64,000 nucleotides of DNA from Negaprion brevirostris (Eukaryota). Made by a program: the position numbers and the translations under genes. Every line of letters begins with the position of its first letter. Within the stretch, counting starts at the first letter, position 1. The stretch spans positions 65,704,132-65,768,131 of the forward strand of contig JARDVH010000059.1 of assembly GCA_030324005.1 (NCBI GenBank). The letters run 5' to 3'. The notes under the pieces were generated by a model. It had not been told where the DNA came from. It saw only the letters and a program-made list of their open reading frames with translations, and ran no database searches. This document shows positions 63,655-64,000 of this stretch, piece by piece.

Positions 63655-63848
63655 TTATCTGTATTGGAGTTTAAAAGAATGGGAGGTGATCTTATTGAAA
63701 CATACAATTCTGAGGGGGCTTAATAAAGTAGATAATAAGGGATTTTCCTCTTTAGGGTTGTGGTGTATCCAGAACTACCAGCTAGACCGGTTCAGACTAA
63801 GTGTCTCCCGTTTAATACGGTCATGAGTAGGAATTTCTTCTCTGAGGA
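63655..63848 (+). mobile_element. CR1 3' fragment interrupted by the U2-headed repeat
   Basis: ttggagtttaaaagaatgggaggtgatcttattgaaacata...aggaatttcttctctgagg. Confidence 0.7.
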
Positions 63849-64000
63849 TTCTCAGCCTTTTGGCTAAGATCAAGTGTAGTGTCATCATGCTGTGCTTGGT
63901 TGAAGTCATTAGGTTACATTTCAGCTTCATTTGAAGCAATTTTTAAGAGCGGCATCTCGGCCTTTTGGCTAAGATGTAAATGAGATCAAGCCTTGGAGGA
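63849..64000 (+). mobile_element. U2 snRNA-headed interspersed repeat, copy 2 (cut by window end)
   Basis: 63849-63880 matches U2 nt 6-37 at 31/32; 63955-63975 is U2 nt 7-27 exactly; the following 120 nt are 96/120 identical to copy 1 without gaps. Confidence 0.75.

Overview
Eukaryotic, AT-rich, repeat-dense vertebrate genomic DNA with many scaffold gaps. It is almost certainly an elasmobranch (shark), given the HE1-type V-SINEs and the HER1/CR1 LINEs. Two protein-coding genes lie on the + strand. SGK3 contributes 15 coding exons (1132-38421), covering the PX domain, kinase domain and stop codon; its N-terminal exon(s) lie upstream of the window. MCMDC2 contributes a CpG-rich promoter and its first 5 coding exons (48541-62678) and continues past the window. 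All exon junctions were read as GT-AG with consistent phase. Introns and intergenic DNA are filled with CR1, L2, RTE, Rex1/Babar, Penelope-like, Harbinger, solo-LTR and tRNA-SINE fossils. The most notable signal is two dispersed, colinear copies (18674-~18890 and 63849-64000) of a short repeat. Its head is U2 snRNA nt 1-37, it carries a second internal U2 5' module, and it ends in a stem-loop plus tandem-repeat tail. This is a candidate U2-snRNA-headed SINE family in sharks. Other notable signals are a complete minimal hammerhead ribozyme fold in the sense strand of an SGK3 intron, several fold-back Penelope-type insertions with 13-14 bp TSDs, and a templated-insertion rearrangement scar. TE family names come from remembered motifs, not database searches, and TE boundaries are approximate.
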